From Candidatus Nanohalarchaeota archaeon (GTDB lineage: Archaea; Nanohalarchaeota; Nanosalinia; Nanosalinales; Nanosalinaceae), in contig JALDAJ010000001.1 in NCBI GenBank assembly GCA_022729235.1, positions 768,001 to 832,000 on the forward strand: a stretch of 64,000 bases of DNA, written 5' to 3'. The position numbers and the translations under genes were made by a program. The number at the start of each line of letters is the position of its first letter. The stretch's first letter is position 1. This document shows, in pieces, positions 54,996-64,000 of this stretch. The notes below the pieces were generated by a model. The model had not been told where the DNA came from. It saw only the letters and a program-made list of their open reading frames with translations, and did no database searches.

Positions 54996-56402
54996 ATGAG
55001 TGAGAGATCGGTTTCGAAATACATTCACGGGAACGTTAGAGCGCTTAGGGAGTGTGTAGACGAAGCAGGGTTAGAAGTAGAGGACGAGGAATTTCATGGT
55101 GTTGTGGAGGCTCTTGAGAGTAATATAAGTTGGCTAGAAGAAAATTGGGGGTCTGTAGACGAGGAATCCAGTTTGTTCGATTATTCTCATAAGGTGCGGA
55201 AGACAGCTAGTGAACTTGATGTATCTATGGAGGAATATGCCAATGCTGCCTTTGATCATCCGCCATTGTTTTCCTTAAGTCCGGATACTGTTGTGGGTAA
55301 TGCTTCTGAGATTTCGAATCGTCTAGGTGTTGATGAAGGTGTTTATGTTGATGCTGCTTTGAAGTTCCCTCCGTTATTTACTCAGAAATCGGATACTGTT
55401 GTGGGTAATGTTTCTGAGGTTGCTGATAGTTTAGATATCGATAGAAGTGTATATGTTGATGCTGCTTTGAAGTTCCCTCCGTTATTTACTCAGAAATCGG
55501 ATACTGTTGTGGGTAATGTTTCTGAGGTTGCTGATAGTTTAGATATCGATAGAAGTGTATATGTTGATACCGCTTTGGATCGACCTCAGCTGTTTTCTCT
55601 CAGTCCGGATACTGTTGTGGGTAATGTTTCTGAGGTTGCTGATAGTTTAGATATCGATAGAAGTGTATATGCTGATGCTGCTTTGGACCAACCTCAGTTA
55701 TTTTATCAGAGCCCTGATACTGTTGTGGGTAATGTTTCTGAGGTTGCTGAGCGCCTAGATATCGATAGAAGTGTTTACATTGATGCCGCTTTATACCATC
55801 CTTCTTTACTTACTCATAGCCCTGATACTGTTGTGGGTAATGTTTCTGAGGTTGCTGAGCGCCTAGATATCGATAGAAGTGTTTACATTGATGCCGCTTT
55901 GGATCATCGATCTTTGTTTTATCAGAACCCTGATACTGTAGCAGAACATGTGGATTGGGTGTATGCTTTAGAACGTGAGGATGTTATCTCTATACCTTCG
56001 GGTTATGATGAATTGAGTGTTGACCCTGAGGTTGAGTATATGTGTAAGTCTCCGTTTCTTTTCTCTTTGGCGGATAATAATTTTGAGTTAAGGCTTTACA
56101 ACGGGCTTTTACTGGACAAAGATCCATATATGAAGAATTTGACTGGGACGAAGTATAAGTCTCTTGATGAGCTGGAGAATAAGTTTAGTGTTTTAGATGA
56201 CATGGCCTGGGATAAGGATTGGAGAGAGCGGTTGAGAGATCATCTTCCGAATGGAGGTGATGCGGAGATAGGTAATTATAGGCGTTCTGTAGCTTATGAT
56301 CAAGAAGTAATTGGAGAGTATCTTCAAAGGCTGGAGAATCAAACCGGGTTGTCTGCGGAAGTGGCTGAGGAGACCAAGAATCTGATGTCTACAGTAAAAT
56401 AA
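54996..56402 (+). CDS. tandem-repeat helical protein (mTERF-like 36-aa repeats)
   Basis: Seven repeats Y.DAAL..P.LF...PDTVVGNVSEVA..LDIDRSV; T-rich codon usage. Confidence 0.75.
   Translation: MSERSVSKYIHGNVRALRECVDEAGLEVEDEEFHGVVEALESNISWLEENWGSVDEESSLFDYSHKVRKTASELDVSMEEYANAAFDHPPLFSLSPDTVVGNASEISNRLGVDEGVYVDAALKFPPLFTQKSDTVVGNVSEVADSLDIDRSVYVDAALKFPPLFTQKSDTVVGNVSEVADSLDIDRSVYVDTALDRPQLFSLSPDTVVGNVSEVADSLDIDRSVYADAALDQPQLFYQSPDTVVGNVSEVAERLDIDRSVYIDAALYHPSLLTHSPDTVVGNVSEVAERLDIDRSVYIDAALDHRSLFYQNPDTVAEHVDWVYALEREDVISIPSGYDELSVDPEVEYMCKSPFLFSLADNNFELRLYNGLLLDKDPYMKNLTGTKYKSLDELENKFSVLDDMAWDKDWRERLRDHLPNGGDAEIGNYRRSVAYDQEVIGEYLQRLENQTGLSAEVAEETKNLMSTVK
55236..55940 (+). repeat. 108-bp coding tandem repeat, about 6.5-7 copies
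   Basis: GATACTGT at 55284, 55392, 55500, 55608, 55716, 55824, 55932. Confidence 0.95.
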
Positions 56403-56645
56403 TATGGTAGCATACTGCCTATACAGAGTTTTAATGACTACGAGCAGAGCTATGACAGCGAGGAATCGGTTGCCGGGAGAGTTCGACGACTTCTTTGAGT
56501 TCGTCGGTATGGAGACGCCTCCATGGTATCAGGAGGACTAGACTTCTTCGAATTCTTCTCTTATGTCTTCGATAATTTCTGTTATGTCGCCTTTGAATTT
56601 CCAGAGCACGATGCTTTCCTCGTCGCTAGGGTTGATGTGCTGGTG

Positions 56646-57005
56646 GTCCTGGAGGCTCAGCAGGCTGCTTTTGAAGTGCTTGAGCAGGGCGCGGGAGTTA
56701 CAACTACTGAGGTCTACGATGCGGTCTGCGACGTCCTGGAAGGGCACGGCTTCAAAACCTTGCGCGATGGAGATATCGAGGAAGGGTTTATCCACTCGGC
56801 GGGGCACGGTATCGGTCTGGAACTGCACGAGCCGCCGCGGATATCGGATAACAGTGAAGAGATCGAGGCGGGTACGGTCCTGACGGTGGAGCCGGGTCTG
56901 TACATTTCCTGTGTCGGAGGCGTACGTATCGAGGATATGGTTGTGGTTACTGAGGACGGCTACGAGAACTATAACTCGATGAATAAGGACCTGGAGCTCG
57001 GCTAG
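56646..57005 (+). pseudogene. C-terminal fragment of M24 Xaa-Pro peptidase
   Basis: HSAGHGIGLELHE, TVEPGLY, GGVRIED present; N-terminal part missing. Confidence 0.8.
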
Positions 57006-57060
57006 TGTGTGGGTTGTAAAGTGTAGATATCCTGAAGAGTCTCGTTCCTTCTTTTCTCCT

Positions 57061-57321
57061 ATGAGTGATGATGTTGAACGCCCGGAGTGGATGGAACGTT
57101 TCATGGGAGAGTTGACTGAGTGGGTTCTTAACACGCCGGGAGGAGGCGTCAAGTTTGTCAGGGCGAGGAGCCAGGAGGAGGCGCTGAGAAAGGCGGTGAG
57201 TTTTGAGGAAGTTGAGGTGTCCGGTACTCACGATGTACGTCCACGAGTAGGGAGGTCGGACGCCCGCCTGATGCCGGAGCGAGAGTTTCTCCAGAGACTG
57301 AGAGAGCTTGTGGAGCGGTGA
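57061..57321 (+). CDS. hypothetical protein
   Basis: ATG at 57061; 86 aa. Confidence 0.5.
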   Translation: MSDDVERPEWMERFMGELTEWVLNTPGGGVKFVRARSQEEALRKAVSFEEVEVSGTHDVRPRVGRSDARLMPEREFLQRLRELVER

Positions 57322-57370
57322 TTTCTGGTCTTTTCTGAGGTATTAAAGAATAACGCGGTATGCGGTATCG

Positions 57371-58195
57371 ATGGATAGCTTTGACCCGAGCTTACTTCTC
57401 CTAGTTGTGGCAGCGTTCCTGGGAGTTCTATCGGTAGGATTGCTGGGGGTTCATGACGTATTCGGTATTTCACCTACCCTGAAGCTGATCGTGTTTTTCC
57501 TGGCTTCCTTGCTTTTCATACTGACAGGTGTTTACGTTGAAAGCCCGCTTGATTATTTTGCGTATCTACTGGCGGTTTCACTGTATCTTTCTGGTCTGTA
57601 CCAGATGACCTTTTTTGGTTTCGATACAGCCGTGTACTTTGCAGTGACTGCGGCAGGTTCAGCGTTTATGGTAGGAGCCAGTTATCTCATCCAGCAGGAT
57701 AGCCGGGAAGTATCTCGCGGAGATTTCAGGCTGTATTCTGCGGTACTTATGCTCTCTATCACGGCGTTTTTTTCCTATGGTATGTCGGCTCCAGAACCGA
57801 CATATACCTTTATAGCCAACGAGGCTCCGGTAGTAGAAGGAGATGCTATGGAGCTAGGTAAGTTGTCGGTACACAACCCATTCCTTTTCTCCAGCAGACT
57901 GGATTTCCCGGGTTATGATGTCTGCATGTCTGGTTCTGAAGGAGTGGTTTTAAGGGTTTCCGCGGAGGTAGGCGGGGATGAAAGAGCTGTCAGGGGCGGT
58001 GAGGTGAGGCAGTTTCCTGTTGTAGCGGACGTTGGCAGCGAGTTATTTGATGATTTTGATTTTGATAACAGGAGTATCGGAACTGCATCGGAATGCGTCT
58101 CGGGGTCTGAAAAAAGGATCTGGATCGTTTCATCACCGGGCTCGCAGTTAGAGGATGCTTCATCGGAGAACAGTTACCTGTTCCGCTTTCTCTAA
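57371..58195 (+). CDS. membrane protein with C-terminal extracellular domain
   Basis: Five N-terminal TM segments, then a beta-rich domain with two cysteines. Confidence 0.7.
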   Translation: MDSFDPSLLLLVVAAFLGVLSVGLLGVHDVFGISPTLKLIVFFLASLLFILTGVYVESPLDYFAYLLAVSLYLSGLYQMTFFGFDTAVYFAVTAAGSAFMVGASYLIQQDSREVSRGDFRLYSAVLMLSITAFFSYGMSAPEPTYTFIANEAPVVEGDAMELGKLSVHNPFLFSSRLDFPGYDVCMSGSEGVVLRVSAEVGGDERAVRGGEVRQFPVVADVGSELFDDFDFDNRSIGTASECVSGSEKRIWIVSSPGSQLEDASSENSYLFRFL

Positions 58196-58302
58196 ACTTT
58201 CTGGTCCTCTATAGTCCGGACTAACCTCTATTTACCCAAAATTTTCTTCCTGATATAGGACTCCTGGAGGTTTTAAGCTGTCTATGAACTTTTTCTGAAA
58301 TA

Positions 58303-58357
58303 ATTAAACGATTAAAAACAATTATTAGGCGTATTAAACGGTTATAAACAGTTATTA
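58303..58357. promoter_or_regulatory. 25-bp imperfect direct repeat, 30-bp period
   Basis: ATTAAACGATTAAAAACAATTATTA and ATTAAACGGTTATAAACAGTTATTA. Confidence 0.55.
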
Positions 58358-58410
58358 ACGGAAAAACCCTTTTAAACAGGTTTTTACAATGGAAGAGCGT
58401 GGTTGAAATC

Positions 58411-58512
58411 ATGAATGCTTTGAAGAATGCGGTTGAACAGGTAGCTGAACTCAAAAACCCTGAAAAAGAACTTAAAATAGAATCTGACTGTTTAAAAGGT
58501 CTGGAACGATGA
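58411..58512 (+). CDS. putative 33-aa small ORF
   Basis: MNALKNAVEQ...GLER*; ATGA overlap with the wHTH gene. Confidence 0.4.
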   Translation: MNALKNAVEQVAELKNPEKELKIESDCLKGLER

Positions 58513-58826
58513 GCAGAGGATTTAGAAATCTTTTCATAAATCTTGAACCTGTTAAAATTCTTTTGACAGTTCGCAAGCAGAAAAAGATATCTGTTAAGGG
58601 GGCTAGCGAAAAGACAGGGGTTAGCCAGGATTACGCTCTTGATTCACTCGAGATGATGGCGGAGAACGGGCTGGTTAGGCGAGAAGACGAGGGTTACCTC
58701 ATCACCCCGTACGGAAAGTCGCTCTCAGAAAGTCTTCTGTTATTCCTTGATCTGGCGGAGAAAGTTGAGATACAGGAAGGCATGGTGAGCGAGCATGGTC
58801 TCGCGTTTATGGAGGGGAGACTATGA
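58509..58826 (+). CDS. winged-helix transcriptional regulator
   Basis: ASEKTGVSQ....L..M.ENGLV....YLITPYG. Confidence 0.7.
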   Translation: MSRGFRNLFINLEPVKILLTVRKQKKISVKGASEKTGVSQDYALDSLEMMAENGLVRREDEGYLITPYGKSLSESLLLFLDLAEKVEIQEGMVSEHGLAFMEGRL

Positions 58827-59275
58827 GCGGGAGCAGTTCTTCCACACCGCCATCCCGGTCGAAGAAGGCGTTCGAAGAGGTAGAACTCCCGTTTGATATC
58901 ATCTCTGATGACCACATAAAGGGAGATAAACTACGTGAAGCTCTGAAAGCTGATGAAGTAGACAACTCGATGAGAGATTACTCGGTCTTCGATGTCGAGC
59001 AGGAAGACGACCTCTACGAGTTCAGGGCAGTCAAGGACAGCACATTTCCATACCTATTTCCGAGTAACGAGGCTTACATAGCATTTGAGCTGAGAGATTC
59101 AGATAAACACGAGTACAGCCATATGAGAGTGGAGATGGGTGCTCCTGATAAACGCGTTATGGATGAGCTATACCGCGGCGTGAGAGACCTTGAGAACGGT
59201 CTGGAGACGTACTTCAGGAACCAGCGTTTCGGAGATGGCAGGATTCAGAGGGCGGCGCCTCACACTGCTGATTAG
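58823..59275 (+). CDS. hypothetical protein
   Basis: ATGA overlap; GGAGG SD. Confidence 0.7.
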   Translation: MSGSSSSTPPSRSKKAFEEVELPFDIISDDHIKGDKLREALKADEVDNSMRDYSVFDVEQEDDLYEFRAVKDSTFPYLFPSNEAYIAFELRDSDKHEYSHMRVEMGAPDKRVMDELYRGVRDLENGLETYFRNQRFGDGRIQRAAPHTAD

Positions 59276-59345
59276 GCGTCTGCTTCTTTTTCTTCTCTTT
59301 ATACTTTCAAAAGGTTTTATCTTGATAACTTACTAATACAGGCCT

Positions 59346-60347
59346 ATGGATGCGCAAAGAATCTTCCTTGGCGGAGTAGCAGCACTGCTGGTGCTTACAT
59401 CATTCCTGATGGTCGCACCGTTTCTGGGTTACCTGCTGTCAGCTATTCTGCTCGCGTTTATCCTGAAGCCGTTGCAGGAGAAATTAGGGTCTTATATAGG
59501 ACCTAATATCGCGTCCGGGATCATCATAATACTGTTTATATCCGCAGTGATAGCACCTTTCGGTATAGCGTTAAGCGCAGTTGTAGATGACGCCCAGCAG
59601 TTAGTTGATAACATAGGAGATGCCGAGTTCCTGGATTTTGACGAGATAGAAGAACTTATATTTGATTACACTGGTCAGGAAATCAACTTACAGCAAGAAA
59701 TACAGGCTGGGCTTGAAAGGTTTGCCGAGGTCGCGGTCGGCGGGTTCGCCCAGGTAGTTGACCTTATAACAGGAGTTCTCATAGGGCTGCTGATTATGAT
59801 ATTTGTTCTTTTCTACCTCCTGAAAGACGGTGAAAAACTCCATGCATGGGTGGTAGAGGTTACGCCGGTAGCAGAAGACCTGCAGGATGATCTGTACTCT
59901 AAGGCTGAGCTCATGACCTGGTCTGTATTGAAGGGTCACGTGCTGGTGGCTATAATAGAAGGTCTCATAGGAGGTCTTGGTCTCTGGCTCGCCGGCGTCC
60001 CGAACGTCGCGTTCTGGACGTTCATCATGATAATCCTTAGTTTCATCCCGGTTGTAGGTGCGTTCCTTGTATGGGCGCCAGCATCGATTTATCTCTTCCT
60101 GGTAGGAGAGCTCTCATCCGCTCTTTTCCTCTTCGTTTACGGGGCGGTAATCATCAGTCTGGCGGACAACCTCCTCCGACCGTACATGGTCGATAAAAGG
60201 GCGGAGATACATCCTGCAGCGATACTGATAGGTGTTATAGGCGGTATCTATGTGTTCGGTGCAGTCGGGTTATTCATCGGACCTATCATTTTCGGCTTCT
60301 CCAAGACTGTCCTGGATGTTCTTATGAGGGAGCAGTCAGAACCATAA
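59346..60347 (+). CDS. AI-2E family transporter
   Basis: FYLLKDG, IPVVG..LVWAP, DNLLRP, HP...IG..GG...FG..GL..GP. Confidence 0.92.
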   Translation: MDAQRIFLGGVAALLVLTSFLMVAPFLGYLLSAILLAFILKPLQEKLGSYIGPNIASGIIIILFISAVIAPFGIALSAVVDDAQQLVDNIGDAEFLDFDEIEELIFDYTGQEINLQQEIQAGLERFAEVAVGGFAQVVDLITGVLIGLLIMIFVLFYLLKDGEKLHAWVVEVTPVAEDLQDDLYSKAELMTWSVLKGHVLVAIIEGLIGGLGLWLAGVPNVAFWTFIMIILSFIPVVGAFLVWAPASIYLFLVGELSSALFLFVYGAVIISLADNLLRPYMVDKRAEIHPAAILIGVIGGIYVFGAVGLFIGPIIFGFSKTVLDVLMREQSEP

Positions 60348-60348
60348 G

Positions 60349-60890
60349 CTAGGTATCGATACCTGCTTTATTCAGTCTTGAAAGGATGTCCTCCCTTTCG
60401 AGACCCCAGTCATCTATAAGTTCCAGTAAAAACTCTCTGTCAAACTCCTTGTTATTTAGAGACCTTAGGTCATTTCTATCCTTCTCCCGGTTCATCTTCG
60501 CCTTCAGAACAAATAGTTCTTCCAGAGGCGCGATATTCACTTTCTGTCCCAGAAATTCTTCTTCTCGCTGTGTTCGAACAGCTTCTGCATGTTATCTTCT
60601 TGAACCCTCTTAGGCGGAAAACCAGAACTGGCTTCAACTTCTATTCCTCTGAAAACAGTTTCAAAACCCTGGTCGTCGATGTGGTTGCCGTCTTTCACGT
60701 AATCCCTATCCTCGACTTCTGCACCTAATCTGCTGGCAAATTCTCCGATATCTTGTTCGCTCACGATGAAGTCTATATCACTGAGATCTCGGTTAGAGTC
60801 ACCGTAGAGTTTCACTGCCATACCTGAGAAAACTAGCCAGTCTAAGCCTTTGATTATGTCAAAAAGCTCAGAAAAGCCTTCTTTATCCAT
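60349..60890 (-). pseudogene. frameshifted nucleotidyltransferase-family gene
   Basis: SG.AV.LYG...R..SDIDF half and FLGQKVNIAPLEEL..LK....REKD..D half lie in different frames near 60560. Confidence 0.7.
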
Positions 60891-60938
60891 AACTGTACTA
60901 TATTCCGGAAAGATAAAAAAAGAAAAAGTACCTGGGTT

Positions 60939-61199
60939 CTAGAAGTCGCTGTCCTGAGCCCAGTTGTAGAGATAGGCGATAAGCGCTCCGCCAATCGCTC
61001 CGTCAACAACTGCCCACACTGTTCCGATTAATGTCCCTGTCAGGGTGGCTTCATAGCCTATATAGATAGAGGAAGCCAGTTCAACTACAGCGACTCCGTA
61101 ATCAGCGTAAGTCGCTAAAAGTCCGAGAACTAGTGCAAACAGTCCGCATGTAGCGGCTAGAGCGATAGCAAGAGACTTAACGTCAAGTTCTTCTGCCAT
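60939..61199 (-). CDS. small membrane protein ('bacteriophage holin'-type family)
   Basis: LDVKSL, SSIYIGY, WAVVDG..GG..IAYLYN; AGGTGA SD. Confidence 0.65.
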   Translation of the reverse strand: MAEELDVKSLAIALAATCGLFALVLGLLATYADYGVAVVELASSIYIGYEATLTGTLIGTVWAVVDGAIGGALIAYLYNWAQDSDF

Positions 61200-61303
61200 A
61201 GAGTTTTTCACCTTGTTAAACAGTTCTGTTCGCTCATTAAAAAGCGCTTCTTATACCTGCCAAACAGCATAACCAATAAGAGTATGACGCCTAATCGTAA
61301 GAT

Positions 61304-62149
61304 ATGGTCTTCGGCAGGTTAAAAACAGGGCTATTACTGACAAAGGACAGCCTATTACTGATGCGGCATAACCCAAAATTAGGGCTGTTCCCGCTTGTAA
61401 GCGGTGCTGCCGGTTTTCTATTCCTCGCTATCTTCCTCGGAGTGACTTTCGGTCTAACGGCTGTTGCTCCCGAGGGTATAGCGCTTGCCGCACTGTTTTT
61501 CGTATACCTTGGACTGACGTTTATCTCATCGTTTTTCACCGCTGGCCTGGTGCACCAGACCCGTGAAGTACTGGAAGGCGGAGAAGCCTCTCTACGGGCA
61601 GGTATGGCAGGAGCGTGGAACGTGAAAAAGCCGTTACTGGTCTGGGCATTCATCAGCGCAACAGTCGGTATAATAATCAACGCAATCGAGAACTCTGACT
61701 CCCGAATGGCGCGTATCTTTGGCGTAATCTTCGGCGTCGCATGGACGCTTATGACATTCTTCATAATACCGGTGATAGTCTTCGAGAAAACCTCTACCAA
61801 GGGAATGTTTACAAGAAGCGCCAGTACTTTCAAACAGACATGGGGAGAGACCCCGATAAGTCTCATCGGAGTCCAGCTTGTCTCAGTAGCTGTTATGGCG
61901 GTGTTTGCACTACCCGCGATTTACCTGTTTTCCGTAGGAATTATTTCTATCGCTATCGGACTGGTACTGACCGGCGTACTACTTTCATTCCTCGCCGCAC
62001 AGACACTCCAGGGCGTGGTGAAAACGGTCCTGTACCTCTACGCAGCTACAGGGGCAAAACCAGGCGAGTTCAACGACATCGACTTCGATGACCTGGCAAG
62101 CAGCAAATCCCGCTCCTCGTTGACCGGTCCCGCAACCAGCTTCCAGTAG
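61304..62149 (+). CDS. DUF6159-like membrane protein
   Basis: WAFISATVG, W...TFF..PV.VFE, FKQTWGE, LYLYA. Confidence 0.7.
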   Translation: MVFGRLKTGLLLTKDSLLLMRHNPKLGLFPLVSGAAGFLFLAIFLGVTFGLTAVAPEGIALAALFFVYLGLTFISSFFTAGLVHQTREVLEGGEASLRAGMAGAWNVKKPLLVWAFISATVGIIINAIENSDSRMARIFGVIFGVAWTLMTFFIIPVIVFEKTSTKGMFTRSASTFKQTWGETPISLIGVQLVSVAVMAVFALPAIYLFSVGIISIAIGLVLTGVLLSFLAAQTLQGVVKTVLYLYAATGAKPGEFNDIDFDDLASSKSRSSLTGPATSFQ

Positions 62150-62179
62150 GCGTTATTACAATCGATATGCCTTTACTTT

Positions 62180-63169
62180 TTAGGTGTAGGCAACTTCTCT
62201 CTCGAAGAGCTGTTCTTCAGCCTCCTCTGGATCTTTCTCAGGGTCTGGTAGTTCTGCAGCCTTGTCGTAAGACACTTTGACTCTTACTTCAAATTCTTGC
62301 TCTTCTCTATCGCCTACCAGGTCCATAGGTTCTTCTCCATAAGGCTTTTTGATATCTGTTAGCAGGTGGATATGGCCTTCGTAGACGATTCCATCTCCTA
62401 CATCATAGGCGATGACTTCTGGCGTTCTTTCTTCACCCTCTCCTATGCATGACTCTATCCTGACCTCGTTTTTCTCTATGATATCTTCCATCAGAGCTTG
62501 ATGGATATCCTCGTCCATAGGGCCTCCATAATCTACGTTGGAGGTGTATTCTCTGATAAGAGGGGAGAAAAATTCTTCAAATTCGTCTACATCAAGATTA
62601 ACGCTGGTTGCTCCATCTAGTTTAATTTTCTTTTCTTTTCCAGCATAATTGCTTACCACAGTCTTAATTTTCTGTAAATAGCTACTATTTTTCCGATCAT
62701 TGTACTTTTCCACTCCTTTAAGAATCCTTTTTATGCCTTTTAATTCCTCTTTACTAGATTCTCTGGGTCTTAGCATGCTTTTAACGCATTTCTTTGTGAC
62801 TTTCGCGGTCTTTTTTAGACCAAGTGAAGGAGCCCTATTTCTCACGGGGTTAGAAGGATTACCATCGTAATCGATATGTCTGCTACGGGCTCCTGTTTTT
62901 AATTTGTAGCCTGAAGATGTTCTTTGAATACTGTGATCTCCATCATTCAACTCTTCCACACCGTCTTCACTCACGTCCAGTATATATCTTTTACCTCCTT
63001 TTTTTCCGATATACCTTCCGTCATCCATCTTCCATACAGTATGGAAGCCTCTGCTCAGCTTCTCTCCGTCTGAGTTATAGAAAGCGCTGGTAGCACCTCT
63101 TCCTTTGATTTCAAGGCCTTCTTCCACTTCTCCATATACTTCGTTAAGATCTTCTTCAATACTCTTCAT
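62180..63169 (-). CDS. hypothetical protein
   Basis: 329-aa ORF with an AT-rich, basic central segment. Confidence 0.65.
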   Translation of the reverse strand: MKSIEEDLNEVYGEVEEGLEIKGRGATSAFYNSDGEKLSRGFHTVWKMDDGRYIGKKGGKRYILDVSEDGVEELNDGDHSIQRTSSGYKLKTGARSRHIDYDGNPSNPVRNRAPSLGLKKTAKVTKKCVKSMLRPRESSKEELKGIKRILKGVEKYNDRKNSSYLQKIKTVVSNYAGKEKKIKLDGATSVNLDVDEFEEFFSPLIREYTSNVDYGGPMDEDIHQALMEDIIEKNEVRIESCIGEGEERTPEVIAYDVGDGIVYEGHIHLLTDIKKPYGEEPMDLVGDREEQEFEVRVKVSYDKAAELPDPEKDPEEAEEQLFEREVAYT

Positions 63170-63891
63170 AAATTGTTATTTCCTACTACTAATTCATAAG
63201 TTCCGAATAATATAATTAGGCCAACCGCGCTCAGAGTAACAGACAGTTAAACGCTGATTAAAAGCCCCGCCCGGACGTACTACCAAGCGTTCAAAGCCCT
63301 CAATCGAAACACGGCGTGGCGAAAGGGCTAGCGACCTAGAGATATTTATAGCCCATTGGAAAAGTGGTGAGGGGCTACGAATCAAGGGTACAAAGCCCCA
63401 GAAGAAAACAGGAAACTGTATTTGTAATAAAAAATCATAAAAGACTAAGGGCTAAATCCGTCTTATGAACCAAGGTGGATGCTTTTGGTTTGCATTCGTT
63501 AATTAGTTCTTGTAGCTATAGCTTTATCGCGGGTGACTGTTTTTGGTAATTTCTTACTGAATAAATATCCTACTTCTGTTCAAAACTATTCTAGAATTAG
63601 TTCTGTAAGAAATATTTCTTGGTTGCTATTAAAACATATTTTATGACTATCTAGAACTTCTCAATAAGTTTAAAGCTCAAAGAGCTGTATTTATGCCGTT
63701 TTAAGTCTTCTAAATCGATATAAGGCATTTAAAGCTTTTGTAATAATGTAGAATCGCGTGATTGAAATGACAAACAGCATGCAAGCCAAAATAGCAGAAG
63801 CCCAGAAGGGTGGATGCTTTTGGAGCATTAAAATCTAGTATCAGTCGTGGTGAGTTAGGCCTCACTGGGCTTGAGAAAGGAGGTGAAATCA

Positions 63892-64000
63892 ATGGTAAGA
63901 GATGAACTTCCGTCTACTCCGCAAATAGAAGCTGTTGAAGAGGTGCTTGAAGATCGAGGTTACGAGGCCAGGGAAACTAATCTAACTAGGGTGAAAAATA
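63892..64000 (+). CDS. hypothetical protein, 5' part only
   Basis: GGAGGTGA SD; MVRDELPSTPQIEAVEEVLEDRG... runs off the window. Confidence 0.55.
   Translation, partial: MVRDELPSTPQIEAVEEVLEDRGYEARETNLTRVKN

Noticed and set aside
54496-55028. ORFs 54496-54999 (+) and 54621-55028 (-)
   Set aside because: They overlap tRNA-Gly and the structured element, and their composition is unlike this acidic proteome.
55236-55940. 108-bp repeats as a CRISPR array
   Set aside because: The period is a multiple of 3 within an open frame, there are no unique spacers, and no cas genes are present.
60939-61199. Provirus implied by the holin-like gene
   Set aside because: No integrase, capsid, terminase or att sites are visible; the family label alone is not enough.

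Overview
Archaeal chromosomal segment with a very acidic proteome, compact genes, many TATA-proximal leaderless starts and GGTGA/GGAGG ribosome-binding sites. This fits a halophilic DPANN archaeon, most likely Nanohaloarchaeota (inference). Housekeeping content: the A1A0 ATP synthase operon (K-end, E, C, F, A, B, D), aRF1, ValRS, MetRS, AlaX, GatC/A/B, ABCE1, S17e, FtsZ, NurA, a PAN-like ATPase, dCTP deaminase, TatD, Ogt, tRNA-Arg(UCG) with a 70-nt intron, and tRNA-Gly(UCC). ORFans, unannotated small proteins and gene remnants are interspersed. Most unusual signals: (1) ABCE1 whose Fe-S domain has lost all cysteines; (2) metG with no canonical start codon upstream of its HIGH motif; (3) five GCCCAA motifs upstream of ftsZ, three in perfect hairpin loops, plus twin C-rich-loop hairpins downstream; (4) a protein with seven 36-aa repeats carrying a hypervariable patch, next to tRNA-Gly and a structured 181-nt element; (5) a three-gene unit of coiled-coil protein, split EndoIV-like TIM barrel and nucleotidyltransferase; (6) a surface protein with an ALK/LTK-like glycine-rich domain; (7) dispersed GAAAA...TTTTC palindromes. 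No CRISPR array, rRNA or intact transposase was seen. All family calls are by-eye motif recognition; no searches were run.
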